A stretch of DNA of 14,883 nucleotides from a candidate division WOR-3 bacterium (GTDB taxonomy: Bacteria > Hydrothermota > Hydrothermia > LBFQ01): the NCBI GenBank assembly GCA_039802605.1, contig JBDRWW010000018.1, positions 1 to 14,883 on the forward strand, in the 5' to 3' direction. A model generated the notes under the pieces. The model made no database searches, was not told the origin of the DNA, and worked only from the letters and a program-made list of their open reading frames with translations. A program made the translations under genes and the position numbers. Positions 14,702 to 14,883 of this stretch are shown here, piece after piece. Each line of letters starts with the position of its first letter. Positions within the stretch are counted from its first letter, which is position 1.

Positions 14702-14883
14702 CCTTGGGTGCCACTCCGTCAGACTCGCCTATCATTATTACCCTTTCCGGGTATTATAAGGGTGAAAAACTTGGTGTCAAGTGTTCGGGAATCTCCGATA
14801 GTGTAAAAACCCCCGGGGGTTGCCGAACGGTTTTTGTGTGGCTTCATTATTAAGAAAACGCATTTATAACGCAAAAATAATGA
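14702..14883 (-). promoter_or_regulatory. CRISPR leader with consensus promoter
   Basis: Minus strand: TTGACA (14780-14775), 16-nt spacer, TATAAT (14758-14753), pointing into the array. Palindrome AACCCCCGGGGGTT 14808-14821. AT-rich distal part. Confidence 0.85.

Overview
AT-rich bacterial chromosomal window. T9SS-like C-terminal sorting domains and Lys/Glu/Ile-rich proteins suggest a thermophilic FCB/WOR-3-like lineage (inference only). Housekeeping genes folE, ileS and tRNA-Thr(UGU) are interleaved with secreted-protein genes. Next come a DegT-family aminotransferase / GT4 glycosyltransferase cluster and an 8-repeat CRISPR array, transcribed on the minus strand with an intact leader promoter and no cas genes in view. 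The most striking element occurs twice, as diverged paralogs: an HExxH...EEG zinc metallopeptidase gene translationally coupled to a lipoprotein gene. Each copy follows a TTGACA/-10 promoter with an ATG 8 nt downstream of the -10. In both copies a short tandem repeat (10-bp unit x~3; 4-bp unit x~3) puts that ATG and signal peptide out of frame with the peptidase. This is a candidate phase-variable secreted protease / lipoprotein inhibitor (immunity) system. Also seen: a shared extended -10 promoter motif, a tRNA abutting a CDS start, and a 156-nt cytosine-free tract.
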